53,795 bases of DNA. Source: a virus. The stretch lies in the UHGV virus genome UHGV-0191815; one strand, 5' to 3'. Each line of letters opens with the position of its first letter. Position 1 is the first letter of the stretch. Both the position numbers and the translations under genes were made by a program. The notes beneath the pieces were generated by a model that had not been told where the DNA came from, ran no database searches, and saw nothing but the letters and a program-made list of their open reading frames with translations. Positions 17,110 to 25,373 of the stretch are shown in pieces.

Positions 17110-17219
17110 ACCTTGCAAAAATTGCCGCACTGATTGCGGCCTTGTCTGTCGCTGTTGTGTATCTCAGCGTATCTCTTTATATCACGGTAGCGATCATTAA
17201 ACTTATTACTAACATGTGA
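17106..17219 (+). CDS. Small transmembrane peptide (37 aa)
   Basis: MNLAKIAALIAALSVAVVYLSVSLYITVAIIKLITNM; ATG overlaps the upstream stop. Confidence 0.4.
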   Translation: MNLAKIAALIAALSVAVVYLSVSLYITVAIIKLITNM

Positions 17220-17228
17220 GGCCAAATC

Positions 17229-17348
17229 ATGAAAGTCGGTAAGGATATTGTGACGGTCGCGTTTTGCATTATTTGTTTCCTGTTTGTGGTTGTGTTTTGC
17301 GGCGGATTTGCTGCGTTGGTTAGTCTTATTTTCAGGGGGCTGTTGTGA
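17229..17348 (+). CDS. Small transmembrane peptide (39 aa)
   Basis: MKVGKDIVTVAFCIICFLFVVVFCGGFAALVSLIFRGLL; stop overlaps the next start (TGATG). Confidence 0.4.
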   Translation: MKVGKDIVTVAFCIICFLFVVVFCGGFAALVSLIFRGLL

Positions 17349-17620
17349 TGAAAACATGGGATGCAAAGGCTGGTGATCTTGTCGTGTTGCCTGAATATCG
17401 TAATGACCCCGGCCTGGTTGTGCTTAACAGATCTGATTGCAATATGGCCCGTCCGATTCTGGTCAGATATTTGGATGGGGTGATTATAGTTCCAGTTTAC
17501 TTTGCTCGAATTGAGCTAATGGCCCGCAATGTTCGCGTTAAGCCGTTCCGGGCTTATGTTGAAGATCACTGGCGGAAATTGTTCGCCGGACTGAATGGGA
17601 TGTACGGCGTATGGCTATAA
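17348..17620 (+). CDS. Hypothetical protein (90 aa)
   Basis: ORF in translationally coupled series. Confidence 0.45.
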   Translation: MKTWDAKAGDLVVLPEYRNDPGLVVLNRSDCNMARPILVRYLDGVIIVPVYFARIELMARNVRVKPFRAYVEDHWRKLFAGLNGMYGVWL

Positions 17621-17802
17621 AATTGGTGAAGGTCAAACACCTGAAAGGCGGCGAAAAATTAATGTCATGGTGGGGGTATGAATTTATCGCCACTGCCTTT
17701 CATTTCGGACCAGGGGGCCAGGTGACAATTTTTGATGAAGATTTCGACGAGGTGGGGCAGTGGCATCTTGAGCAATATATCGAGGTGTTAGATGAAAATT
17801 AA
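17611..17802 (+). CDS. Hypothetical protein (63 aa)
   Basis: ORF in coupled series. Confidence 0.4.
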   Translation: MAIKLVKVKHLKGGEKLMSWWGYEFIATAFHFGPGGQVTIFDEDFDEVGQWHLEQYIEVLDEN

Positions 17803-18124
17803 ATTTCATAAAGCGTATGACGCTGAAAGTAACAAGCTGTCGCTATTTATTGAGTTCGAGCGCCGGATCGTGGTTGTTCCTTATGCGCGTCGCTTCAATG
17901 ATGCGGCAGGGCGGCGGCAGTTCGCGTTAGATATGCTGTTACGTGGCTGCGGCCTTATGCGCCCGCTATCTGATTTGAAACGGATGATGCCTGGATCGTT
18001 CGGTCAGATTGATGAAATTGAAATAAGCAAGGAAGAGCTAAACCGGGCGCGTGATTTGTTCCTTTCAAGCGAAGGAAACCCGTTTAATCCAGAAACTGAA
18101 ATGAGATGGCATCACCCACTATAA
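17792..18124 (+). CDS. Hypothetical protein (110 aa)
   Basis: ORF in coupled series. Confidence 0.45.
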   Translation: MKIKFHKAYDAESNKLSLFIEFERRIVVVPYARRFNDAAGRRQFALDMLLRGCGLMRPLSDLKRMMPGSFGQIDEIEISKEELNRARDLFLSSEGNPFNPETEMRWHHPL

Positions 18125-18137
18125 AAGGACAAATATC

Positions 18138-18758
18138 ATGAAAGACATCAAAACAGCTTATTCACTCGGCAGCGATGGCATGTTAATCACTCGTTACACT
18201 GAAGACGCAAGTTATCATGAAGTTGAAACGAAGGATTATCACGAAGTGATTAAAGATATGGAATCTGGCGCGTATGACGCAGATTTGAACCTGGCGTTGC
18301 AGGTTGCTGATATTGTTATGGATGCGTCGATGCGCGATTATGTGTCTTTAGACGCTGAAGAAAAAACTGCTATAGCTCGTTATGTCTTCTGCCTCACTTT
18401 CGTGAAACGCATGGAAGAGGAATATGGTCGCGTGCCAGTGCCGGAAGATCTTGATCCTCTGGCGTTCGGTAGTGCTGTTATCTTCCCGTTAGATGAAAAC
18501 CGCATGGTTAGCGCTGCACTGTATTCTGTGCGCGGTGTGATGAAGAAAATATTTGAGGCCAAAGCGCTACAGAAGTGCATTGATGAAGGGCACAACGAAG
18601 AAGACGTAAGAGCAATCATGCCGATGTTTTATGGCGAAATGGTTGATATTAACATGCGTGCGAATGATTTAGGCGTGCAGGCGGTAATAAGCGTGCTTAA
18701 TGAAGCGCGTAAAATGGCACAGCCAATGCCTGAACCTGAAAAGCGCGTACTCCATTAA
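18138..18758 (+). CDS. Hypothetical protein (206 aa)
   Basis: Long ORF with RBS; no recognisable motif. Confidence 0.55.
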   Translation: MKDIKTAYSLGSDGMLITRYTEDASYHEVETKDYHEVIKDMESGAYDADLNLALQVADIVMDASMRDYVSLDAEEKTAIARYVFCLTFVKRMEEEYGRVPVPEDLDPLAFGSAVIFPLDENRMVSAALYSVRGVMKKIFEAKALQKCIDEGHNEEDVRAIMPMFYGEMVDINMRANDLGVQAVISVLNEARKMAQPMPEPEKRVLH

Positions 18759-18857
18759 TATTGTGATTGCGATTACATAACTATACGTTTTGTGTTGTGA
18801 TCGCAAATCCGTTTTGTAAACTGAAATCGAAAGGTTTACAGCACGGAGGGAAACAAG

Positions 18858-19076
18858 ATGGCACGCGAATTGATGCTTTATTGCGTAGAAGGTGGCGTGG
18901 GACATGATTCCTACGTCGCCGGGAAAAGCTATCCAGCAGATGAAGTGCTTTCTAATATGCACTTCCGGGAAAATGAACAACAGGTGTCTGTATGGAAGCG
19001 GTGCGCTGATGGCGTTGAGATAGTCAGCCTTGAAAGATATTTGGGCAAATTTGACTACGCATTGTTCGAGGCTTAA
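18858..19076 (+). CDS. Hypothetical protein (72 aa)
   Basis: ORF with RBS ggaggg. Confidence 0.45.
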   Translation: MARELMLYCVEGGVGHDSYVAGKSYPADEVLSNMHFRENEQQVSVWKRCADGVEIVSLERYLGKFDYALFEA

Positions 19077-19167
19077 CTATGGACGATTCATTGCTATTTA
19101 TGTGCATTTGCTGGGGTTTTATTGCCTTATGCCTGTTTGTCAGATGGTTTATTGAATATCACATGAG

Positions 19168-19365
19168 GTGATCTATGAAAAGGTTGGCGAATACATGATA
19201 CCGGATAACGCTAAATTAGCCGGAATCGGTCAATTTGGTTGTTATTACTATAACTGCGTAGGTGATATTTATCAGGTCAGTATTGTTGGTGGTGTACAAC
19301 ATTTTCGTCTTATGCACTTTGAATTAAGCGCACTTAAAAAGGCGGTGTTAATGTATGAAGTTTAA
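19168..19365 (+). CDS. Hypothetical protein (start uncertain)
   Basis: ORF; possible GTG or internal ATG start. Confidence 0.35.
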   Translation: MIYEKVGEYMIPDNAKLAGIGQFGCYYYNCVGDIYQVSIVGGVQHFRLMHFELSALKKAVLMYEV

Positions 19366-19558
19366 ACAGTACAAAGACTGGAAGATTCCAGAAGAAGCAA
19401 CAAAGGCAGCGCCCGGAATTTTTTCGGGCGTTTATTTTTATATGGAAGGTAAATGGTATTTCGGCAGCAGGCCGGATCATTATTATCAAGAATTATGCAA
19501 GTCTCACACATGGGATATTAAGGAACGCGTGCAAGGTGGTGTAATAGACGAGGTTTAA
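19355..19558 (+). CDS. Hypothetical protein (67 aa)
   Basis: ORF in coupled series. Confidence 0.4.
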   Translation: MKFKQYKDWKIPEEATKAAPGIFSGVYFYMEGKWYFGSRPDHYYQELCKSHTWDIKERVQGGVIDEV

Positions 19559-19559
19559 A

Positions 19560-19796
19560 ATGGTTAAGTGTTTTTTAAACTGGTTAAAGACGTGGCTTTT
19601 GTGTACGCTTCGTGTTTTTTTGGTGTTCGGTTGCGCTATCGTCGTATTTACGCTGGGTGTGATGTTTGTTACATGGTCAGTTCCTGAATTTAACGACATT
19701 GATGGTATTCTTTTTACGGTGCGTGTTTTATTGGCTGTTAGCGCATTCATTGGTTTTTGCTGGACTGTAGCGCCTGATTGGGAAGATGAATGGTGA
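19560..19796 (+). CDS. Small integral membrane protein (78 aa, 2-3 predicted TM segments)
   Basis: Hydrophobic stretches LLCTLRVFLVFGCAIVVFTLGVMFV and LLAVSAFIGFCWTV. Confidence 0.45.
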   Translation: MVKCFLNWLKTWLLCTLRVFLVFGCAIVVFTLGVMFVTWSVPEFNDIDGILFTVRVLLAVSAFIGFCWTVAPDWEDEW

Positions 19797-20034
19797 TCCT
19801 ATGGCTTTGTTTAATATGTCAGAGCCGCAATTCAACGCCGTAAAAACTGCCGCGCGTGCGGCGCTTTCTGCCTGCAAAGCAGAGGCGGAAAGAAACGGCT
19901 ACAGCGATAAAGCTACGCGGCTGATATTAGAAAAGCATTATCGCAAGGTCGCCCCGCTAATCAGCATTGAGCGTTTTGTGTGGTTGGTTGGGTATCTCAA
20001 TAATAGATGGGGGACTGACCAGGATTATTTTTAG
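19786..20034 (+). CDS. Hypothetical protein (about 80 aa)
   Basis: ORF in coupled series. Confidence 0.4.
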   Translation: MNGDPMALFNMSEPQFNAVKTAARAALSACKAEAERNGYSDKATRLILEKHYRKVAPLISIERFVWLVGYLNNRWGTDQDYF

Positions 20035-20042
20035 TGGGGGTA

Positions 20043-20585
20043 ATGATGAAAAATGATTTCGGAGGCAGCAACACGCCAAAGGAAATTAAAGACCTGTGGC
20101 AGACGCCAAAACCAGTATTCAGGGGAATGGATCGTGAGTTCGAATTCGTCGCTGACGTTGCGGCAAATAAGGAAAATGCGCTAGTTCCGCGATATATAAC
20201 CGAAGAAATGGACACGTTGCATTATCCGTGGGGAGCGGTGGCAATGCCTGGTGATTATGTGTGGATGAATCCGCCATACTCAAATCCGGGTCCATTTGTT
20301 GATAAAGCTGCGCTCGAACATCAACGGAATCACATCGGTTGCGTGATGTTGTTGCCCGCTGACATTTCTGTTAGCTGGTTCATGAACGGCGTTGAGACGG
20401 CAAACGAGTGCCGATTGGTAACGCGCGGGCGGCTGGCGTTTATTAATGCTGCGACTGGTAAGCCAGTAAGCGGAAACAACAAAGGCAGCTTGTTTTTGAT
20501 CTGGCATCCACGGTGCAAACATGAATGCATTTTTACTCACATAACACGTAAAGAGCTATATGCAAGAGGTGCAGATAATGACTAA
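20043..20585 (+). CDS. Phage-type DNA N6-adenine methyltransferase (Dam family)
   Basis: Catalytic NPPY motif (YVWMNPPYS) and overall layout of small phage Dam methyltransferases; RBS ggggg. Confidence 0.75.
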   Translation: MMKNDFGGSNTPKEIKDLWQTPKPVFRGMDREFEFVADVAANKENALVPRYITEEMDTLHYPWGAVAMPGDYVWMNPPYSNPGPFVDKAALEHQRNHIGCVMLLPADISVSWFMNGVETANECRLVTRGRLAFINAATGKPVSGNNKGSLFLIWHPRCKHECIFTHITRKELYARGADND

Positions 20586-21075
20586 TGCAGCAGATTTACT
20601 ACGACTTGCAGCGGAAACAATAGAGCAAAGGGGCAAACAAAACGGATACGACAGAAAGCAGGAAAAATCAGCGCCTAAAATAGCCACTATATACAACGCT
20701 AAGAAGGGAGCAAATTTAACCCCACTTGATGTATGGGATCTGATGATTTGTCTTAAGGAGGCGCGTTTAGAGGCCATTTTAGCCAATGGCAGCGATCCTA
20801 CTGACACTTTAGTTGACCTAATCAGCTACAGCGCACTAAAAGCTGAGCAAATATTGAATAATCGGGATGAAGAGTTAAAGAAAAATAAGTTCACTGAAGA
20901 CAATATTAATGATGGAATAATAAATGACGCAGCAATAACAAGCTGTAAGGGATTGCCACCTTCAATGCTTAACCCTCAATGCGGTTGTATTTCAACTCGG
21001 CTTGATTTTAATTTCAAAAGATCTGAGGCTATTCGCGATAAGAGGTATGACCCAAATGAAGAAGGTGACAATTGA
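20578..21075 (+). CDS. Hypothetical protein (165 aa)
   Basis: ORF between the two methyltransferase genes. Confidence 0.45.
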   Translation: MTNAADLLRLAAETIEQRGKQNGYDRKQEKSAPKIATIYNAKKGANLTPLDVWDLMICLKEARLEAILANGSDPTDTLVDLISYSALKAEQILNNRDEELKKNKFTEDNINDGIINDAAITSCKGLPPSMLNPQCGCISTRLDFNFKRSEAIRDKRYDPNEEGDN

Positions 21076-21559
21076 CAGGTTATTGGCCTGCGTTTATGTC
21101 GCCGTTTTCGTGATCATCAACCTCATTGTTAACCATTGCGGCCCGTGTGTAATTCCGATCACTACGGTAGCCGCAGTGTGTGTAAATATGATGATCCGCG
21201 ACTTTTTGTTATATGACGGCGGTATTAAGTGGTCGGCTACAACATGCGCAGCCGCTGGCGCAATCACGGTAATGATAAATTACGATGCGGGAATGGTGGC
21301 AATTGCGTCATTTGTCGCGGTTGTTTCCGGTGCGCTTATTTCTGGCTGTGTTTACCGTGTTTTGCCTGGTGATTTCGATTCTAAGCGCTGGCCTGCAAAT
21401 ATAGCTTCAGCCATCGGGGATGCGCTGATTTTTCCCACGCTGTCGTTCATGGCGTTTATGCCGGAAATATCAGCCATGCAATTCATCTCAAAAATGGCAG
21501 CGGTGACAGTGATCACTATCATCATGCGCCGCTATTTCACGTTTGAGGGAAGAAAATGA
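21056..21559 (+). CDS. Integral membrane protein (about 4 TM segments)
   Basis: MKKVTIDRLLACVYVAVFVIINLIV...; multiple hydrophobic helices; RBS aagagg. Confidence 0.5.
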   Translation: MKKVTIDRLLACVYVAVFVIINLIVNHCGPCVIPITTVAAVCVNMMIRDFLLYDGGIKWSATTCAAAGAITVMINYDAGMVAIASFVAVVSGALISGCVYRVLPGDFDSKRWPANIASAIGDALIFPTLSFMAFMPEISAMQFISKMAAVTVITIIMRRYFTFEGRK

Positions 21560-22344
21560 GAAAGGCTAAACACTGGTTAAATAATTGGCTAAGAAACTGG
21601 GTTGTGTGGTCGCTGTACGACGGCAGCGGGTACGCCGTTAAAGACTGGGCGGAAGCGGGATATAAGTGCTATTGCTTCAACTATGACGGCGCAAATCACG
21701 GCGATTATGAAGGCGTTAAAATCATTCACCCGAATATTGAATACGTTAACGTATGGATTGATAGTCACTTCCTGGTGATGTTCTCGCCTGAATTGTCTGT
21801 TTATCCAGAGCCTGATATTATCCTGGGCTTCCCGCCGTGCGACGATCTCGCCGTGTCTGGCGCTCGCTGGTTCGCTGATAAACGGAAAAAAGATCCTGAC
21901 TTCCAGGTGAAGGCGGCTAATAGCGCAAAACTGGTAGAAAAGCTGGCGAATATGCACAACGTGCCGTGGATGGTGGAAAATCCGGTGGGAGCACTGTCAA
22001 CGCTATGGCGTAAACCGGATTTTATCTTCAATCCTTGCGCTTACGGTGGCTACCTTCCGGAAGATGACAAACATCCTGCCTTCCCTGAATACATAGCCGC
22101 CCGCGACGCATACACGAAGAAAACTTGTATTTGGTGCGGCAACGGATTTAAACAGCCGCTGTTTCGGCCTGTACCAATGCCGGACGAATTGGAAGACAGT
22201 AAACAGCACGCTAAGTTAGGAGGAAAGTCAAAGCGCACTAAGATGATCCGCTCACTAACGCCGCGAGGCTTTGCCCGTGCTGTATTCCTGGCTAACGACA
22301 GGGCCATCAATCGTAATACGCTCAACAGCGTTTTACCGGACTGA
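21556..22344 (+). CDS. Putative DNA (cytosine-5) methyltransferase
   Basis: Motif I-like LYDGSGY, motif IV-like GFPPCDDLAVSG, motif VI-like ENPVGAL. Confidence 0.55.
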   Translation: MRKAKHWLNNWLRNWVVWSLYDGSGYAVKDWAEAGYKCYCFNYDGANHGDYEGVKIIHPNIEYVNVWIDSHFLVMFSPELSVYPEPDIILGFPPCDDLAVSGARWFADKRKKDPDFQVKAANSAKLVEKLANMHNVPWMVENPVGALSTLWRKPDFIFNPCAYGGYLPEDDKHPAFPEYIAARDAYTKKTCIWCGNGFKQPLFRPVPMPDELEDSKQHAKLGGKSKRTKMIRSLTPRGFARAVFLANDRAINRNTLNSVLPD

Positions 22345-22366
22345 AATTTACAAAATGGCGTCATTG

Positions 22367-22382
22367 TGTGATTTGTGTCACA
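22367..22382. promoter_or_regulatory. Perfect palindrome TGTGA-tttgtg-TCACA (CRP-consensus-like, or a phage operator)
   Basis: Read directly; lies just upstream of a candidate promoter. Confidence 0.4.
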
Positions 22383-22398
22383 TAATGGCGCTTTTCTT

Positions 22399-22427
22399 CT
22401 TGTTTACGTGTATCCATTTTGTATACT
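22399..22427 (+). promoter_or_regulatory. Candidate internal promoter (-35 cttgtt, -10 TATACT)
   Basis: -10 TATACT at 22422-22427 with a 17-bp spacer; overlaps ccattttgtatac, a copy of the recurring motif. Confidence 0.35.
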
Positions 22428-22440
22428 GCAAACAAAATAA

Positions 22441-22474
22441 ACGCTCTTTAAAAATCCGGTGGCGCTGCAATGCG
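22441..22474 (+). promoter_or_regulatory. nut-like element: boxA CGCTCTTTAAAAA + hairpin CGCTGCAATGCG
   Basis: boxA matches lambda nut boxA (CGCTCTTA) closely; the whole element is near-identical to the minus-strand copy at 13713-13750. Confidence 0.45.
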
Positions 22475-22502
22475 TAAAAGTCACATGAAAGGAGTGTGAG
22501 CT

Positions 22503-22679
22503 ATGTCTTTCGATTATTACCAATGGCATGACGACTATGAACGAGAAAGCGTCATGCGTGCGATGTGCAACATGTGCGATACGAAGAAAGGAGAATGTAA
22601 CGAGTGCAACGAGTGTTTAGATCATTGGCTAAAGGCCGGACGCGACGAAAGGCGGAGCGAAACAGAAAATCAAAAATAA
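22503..22679 (+). CDS. Small Cys-rich protein (58 aa), possible zinc ribbon
   Basis: MSFDYYQWHDDYERESVMRAMCNMCDTKKGECNECNECLDHWLKAGRDERRSETENQK; under 60 aa so absent from the ORF track. Confidence 0.4.
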   Translation: MSFDYYQWHDDYERESVMRAMCNMCDTKKGECNECNECLDHWLKAGRDERRSETENQK

Positions 22680-22693
22680 TAGGGGTGATTTTT

Positions 22694-23305
22694 ATGCAAA
22701 ACCCTAAGAAACCAATCAGAAGGCGATGCAAATGCTGTGGCGCTTTCTTCGAACCTAAATACCACAATCAAACGTGGTGCAGTGATGACTGCCTGGATCA
22801 ACTTAAGTTCGAACAGCTATGCCGTGACCGTGAAAACGCAATGAAGGCGATTGAACGGAAAAAGCGCCGCGACAGCCAGCGGGAAGAGCGCAACCGGAAG
22901 CGGAAGGAGAAGCAGTTACACCCGCGAAGCTACTGGATACACCAAGCACAAACTGTATTTAACGCATACATCCGCGAACGTGATGCGGGGCAACCGTGTA
23001 TATCTTGCGGTACTTACTACGGTGATCAATGCGGTTGGGATGCCGGACATTACAGGACAGTAGCGGCAGCAGGACATCTTCGATTCAATGAAGATAACGT
23101 GCATCGTCAATGCAAACACTGCAATCAGAGACTGGACGGCAACATAGGAGGGTATCGCCCAGCACTGATTAGAAAAATTGGCCTTGCCAGGGTGGAAGTG
23201 CTGGAGAACAACAACGAAGTTCACAAATGGACTATCGAAGAATGTAAGGAGATCGCAAAAGTTTATCAGGCTAAGTTAAACGCCTTAAGGAGAAAGGCAG
23301 CATGA
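22694..23305 (+). CDS. ninG: NinG (Rap) recombination endonuclease
   Basis: Collinear similarity to lambda NinG: RRRCK.C...F......WCS..C...PRSYWI.QAQ...NA.IRERD...PCISCGT....QCGWDAGHYRT.AAA..LRFNE.N.H.QC..CNQ; start at ATG 22694 with RBS aggggtga. Confidence 0.85.
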   Translation: MQNPKKPIRRRCKCCGAFFEPKYHNQTWCSDDCLDQLKFEQLCRDRENAMKAIERKKRRDSQREERNRKRKEKQLHPRSYWIHQAQTVFNAYIRERDAGQPCISCGTYYGDQCGWDAGHYRTVAAAGHLRFNEDNVHRQCKHCNQRLDGNIGGYRPALIRKIGLARVEVLENNNEVHKWTIEECKEIAKVYQAKLNALRRKAA

Positions 23306-23709
23306 ACGAGTATACATTTAGCCTACCATACCCGCCATCGAACAACCGCTATTACCGACATTCACGCGGTATTCACTATATCAGCAAGGTTGGGAAAGAA
23401 TACAGGGAGCAAGTAAAAGACATCATCGAGCTATTAAATTTAAATATTAACCTGCCTTGCCGACTGGCAATAGCCATTTATGCCGCGCCGCCGGATAACC
23501 GGATCAGAGATCTGGATAATATCCCCAAATGCCTTTTTGATAGCCTTACTTATGCCGGATTCTGGAAGGATGACGGACAAATCGACGCAATAAAAATTGT
23601 TCGCTGCCAGAAGATAAAAAGCGGGCGCTTGTTTATTAAGGTACGCGAGCGCGGCGACCTGCTACCTGACATTGACGAATACGCGACTAATATGTGGGGT
23701 GACAAATGA
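23302..23709 (+). CDS. rusA: RusA Holliday junction resolvase
   Basis: LPYPPSNNRYYRHSRG....S..G..YR...........IAIY..PPDNRIRDLDNIPKCLFDSLTYAGFWKDDGQI matches E. coli / lambdoid RusA. Confidence 0.85.
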   Translation: MNEYTFSLPYPPSNNRYYRHSRGIHYISKVGKEYREQVKDIIELLNLNINLPCRLAIAIYAAPPDNRIRDLDNIPKCLFDSLTYAGFWKDDGQIDAIKIVRCQKIKSGRLFIKVRERGDLLPDIDEYATNMWGDK

Positions 23710-23888
23710 AAAACGAAATTAAAGATCTGCAAATAGATATTCAGCGCGACGAGCATGATTTAGAAACTGTGCGACAAATACAGGCTTTCCACATGCGAGA
23801 ATTGCTTGCGCTGAAAGAGCTTGAAAGAAAGCTAGTGCAGGCAATATCTGATCGCAAAAGACTGGTTGCGCGTTACTGGGGGAAATAA
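23706..23888 (+). CDS. Hypothetical protein (60 aa)
   Basis: ORF in coupled series. Confidence 0.4.
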   Translation: MKNEIKDLQIDIQRDEHDLETVRQIQAFHMRELLALKELERKLVQAISDRKRLVARYWGK

Positions 23889-24616
23889 TGAATCTGGAAT
23901 CAATTCTTAAATTCCACTTCCCAAAATCGCCGCGTTTATCAGATGAAAGCCGTGGTACGTCCCCGGATGCGCTTAATACTACGGATGCACTAACTGCCGC
24001 AGGTATGGCGCAATCGCGCGTAGAGCTTGGTTACAGTGCTTTTTTGGGGAAGATGGAACTATCACAAGCCGAAAAACATAAGGCCGTAGTTTTGCTTATA
24101 GAGCGCTTAAAGGCTATGGCAAAAGATTATGAATACGTTATTGAACTGGACGAGGCAAAACGCAATGATCTCATTATTCTTGTTGCCGTTTTCGCGTTTC
24201 GGGATTATTGCCAGAGTGCAGCGACCGAAAAAGTTTGCCCTAAGTGCGGCGGCAACGGGCTTTTACCAAATCCATATTGCGAATACACATCGACAGTTTG
24301 TTCGCGGTGCGGCGGCAAAGGCTACGTTAAAAACCATTGCCAACGTTGCAAGGGGCGCGGCGAAATACCGGATAAAGCAGCCAGTGAAGCGGCGGAAATG
24401 CCAGTGTTCAAAACGTGCCAGCACTGCGGCGGGCGCGGGTACTCGCGTTTCCCTGTAGATCTTGTCCGGCAGGCTGTTAATCAGCTTGTATTTCCGGTAA
24501 GCCGATCAACATGGTGGAAGAAATACCGCGCTTTCTATGAAGACGCCATTGCTGAGTTGTTCAAAGAAGAGGCGCGGGCTGACAACGAAATAAAACGAGT
24601 GACGCGGGGTGAATAA
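23888..24616 (+). CDS. DnaJ-type zinc-finger protein; possible late-gene regulator (Q-like position)
   Basis: Four CxxCxGxG repeats (CPKCGGNG, CSRCGGKG, CQRCKGRG, CQHCGGRG); located after ninG-rusA where lambdoid phages carry Q; function not established from sequence. Confidence 0.4.
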   Translation: MNLESILKFHFPKSPRLSDESRGTSPDALNTTDALTAAGMAQSRVELGYSAFLGKMELSQAEKHKAVVLLIERLKAMAKDYEYVIELDEAKRNDLIILVAVFAFRDYCQSAATEKVCPKCGGNGLLPNPYCEYTSTVCSRCGGKGYVKNHCQRCKGRGEIPDKAASEAAEMPVFKTCQHCGGRGYSRFPVDLVRQAVNQLVFPVSRSTWWKKYRAFYEDAIAELFKEEARADNEIKRVTRGE

Positions 24617-24816
24617 TGGATAAGCTGGAAATAAACGATCAGTTTGCTGTTATCTTGTTCGAAGATAAAACTGGCGGCGCATGGTGTAAGAAAGTAACTG
24701 GCGCGGAAGCGCGTTTAATATTGGGTATGGCAAGCGCGTTAAATGAAGGCGAATTGCCAGCCATCCCTATTAAGCCTGTCAAAATTTACAAGCGTGGTGA
24801 CGATAATGAAGCCTAA
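24616..24816 (+). CDS. Hypothetical protein (66 aa)
   Basis: ATG overlaps the upstream stop; first gene of the small-gene block. Confidence 0.45.
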   Translation: MDKLEINDQFAVILFEDKTGGAWCKKVTGAEARLILGMASALNEGELPAIPIKPVKIYKRGDDNEA

Positions 24817-25078
24817 ATTAAAAGAACATATTTACCGCCAGTTGATTAACGAGCTTGCGGATACAGCCCGATATTACGCAGGAACACAACAGCTACGCGG
24901 GCGGCTATCTTCGGTTGTTAACCGCTATATTGATGCCGGATGTCATCGCAAAGGTGAAATCACGATGGACGAGGCCATCAAGCGCCGGACGGCTGAATGG
25001 TCAGTGAGTAACACCGGATTAACCGGATACATTGAAGGCTATAACGACTGTTTACAGGATCATAGCGATGGCAAGTAA
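24806..25078 (+). CDS. Hypothetical protein (90 aa)
   Basis: ORF in coupled series. Confidence 0.45.
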   Translation: MKPKLKEHIYRQLINELADTARYYAGTQQLRGRLSSVVNRYIDAGCHRKGEITMDEAIKRRTAEWSVSNTGLTGYIEGYNDCLQDHSDGK

Positions 25079-25373
25079 AGACCTACACTTGAATCTGAAA
25101 GGGGAATATTTCCACGCTATCCGGGCTGGAAAGAAGGTGGAGGAATACCGGCTTTATAATAATTATTGGCGTAAACGCCTGGAAGGGCGTGAATATGAAC
25201 GCCTGATCATTAAATGGGGTTATCCAGCAGGACACGAAGCACACCGGATTATAAACCTGCCTTATTTTGGCTATGAAGTTAAAACTATCACGCATCCATT
25301 ATTCAGCCCTGATCCTGTTAAGGTATTCGCAATTAAATGTGATGTTAATTGGATGCTAAGAGGTGAAAAATGA
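25068..25373 (+). CDS. Possible ASCH/PUA-like domain protein (101 aa)
   Basis: LNLKGEYFHAIRAGKKVEEYRLYNNYWRKRL resembles the ASCH domain N-terminal strand-helix region. Confidence 0.4.
   Translation: MASKDLHLNLKGEYFHAIRAGKKVEEYRLYNNYWRKRLEGREYERLIIKWGYPAGHEAHRIINLPYFGYEVKTITHPLFSPDPVKVFAIKCDVNWMLRGEK

Noticed and set aside
21056-21559. Assigning the membrane protein between the methyltransferases to a queuosine-precursor transporter or other DNA-hypermodification pathway
   Set aside because: The idea rests only on genomic context and the TM profile; no specific motif supports it, so the gene is left as an uncharacterised membrane protein.
22367-22382. Interpreting the TGTGA-N6-TCACA palindrome as definite CRP regulation
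   Set aside because: A single consensus match in an AT-rich phage genome could equally be a phage operator; reported as a finding but not asserted as a CRP site.
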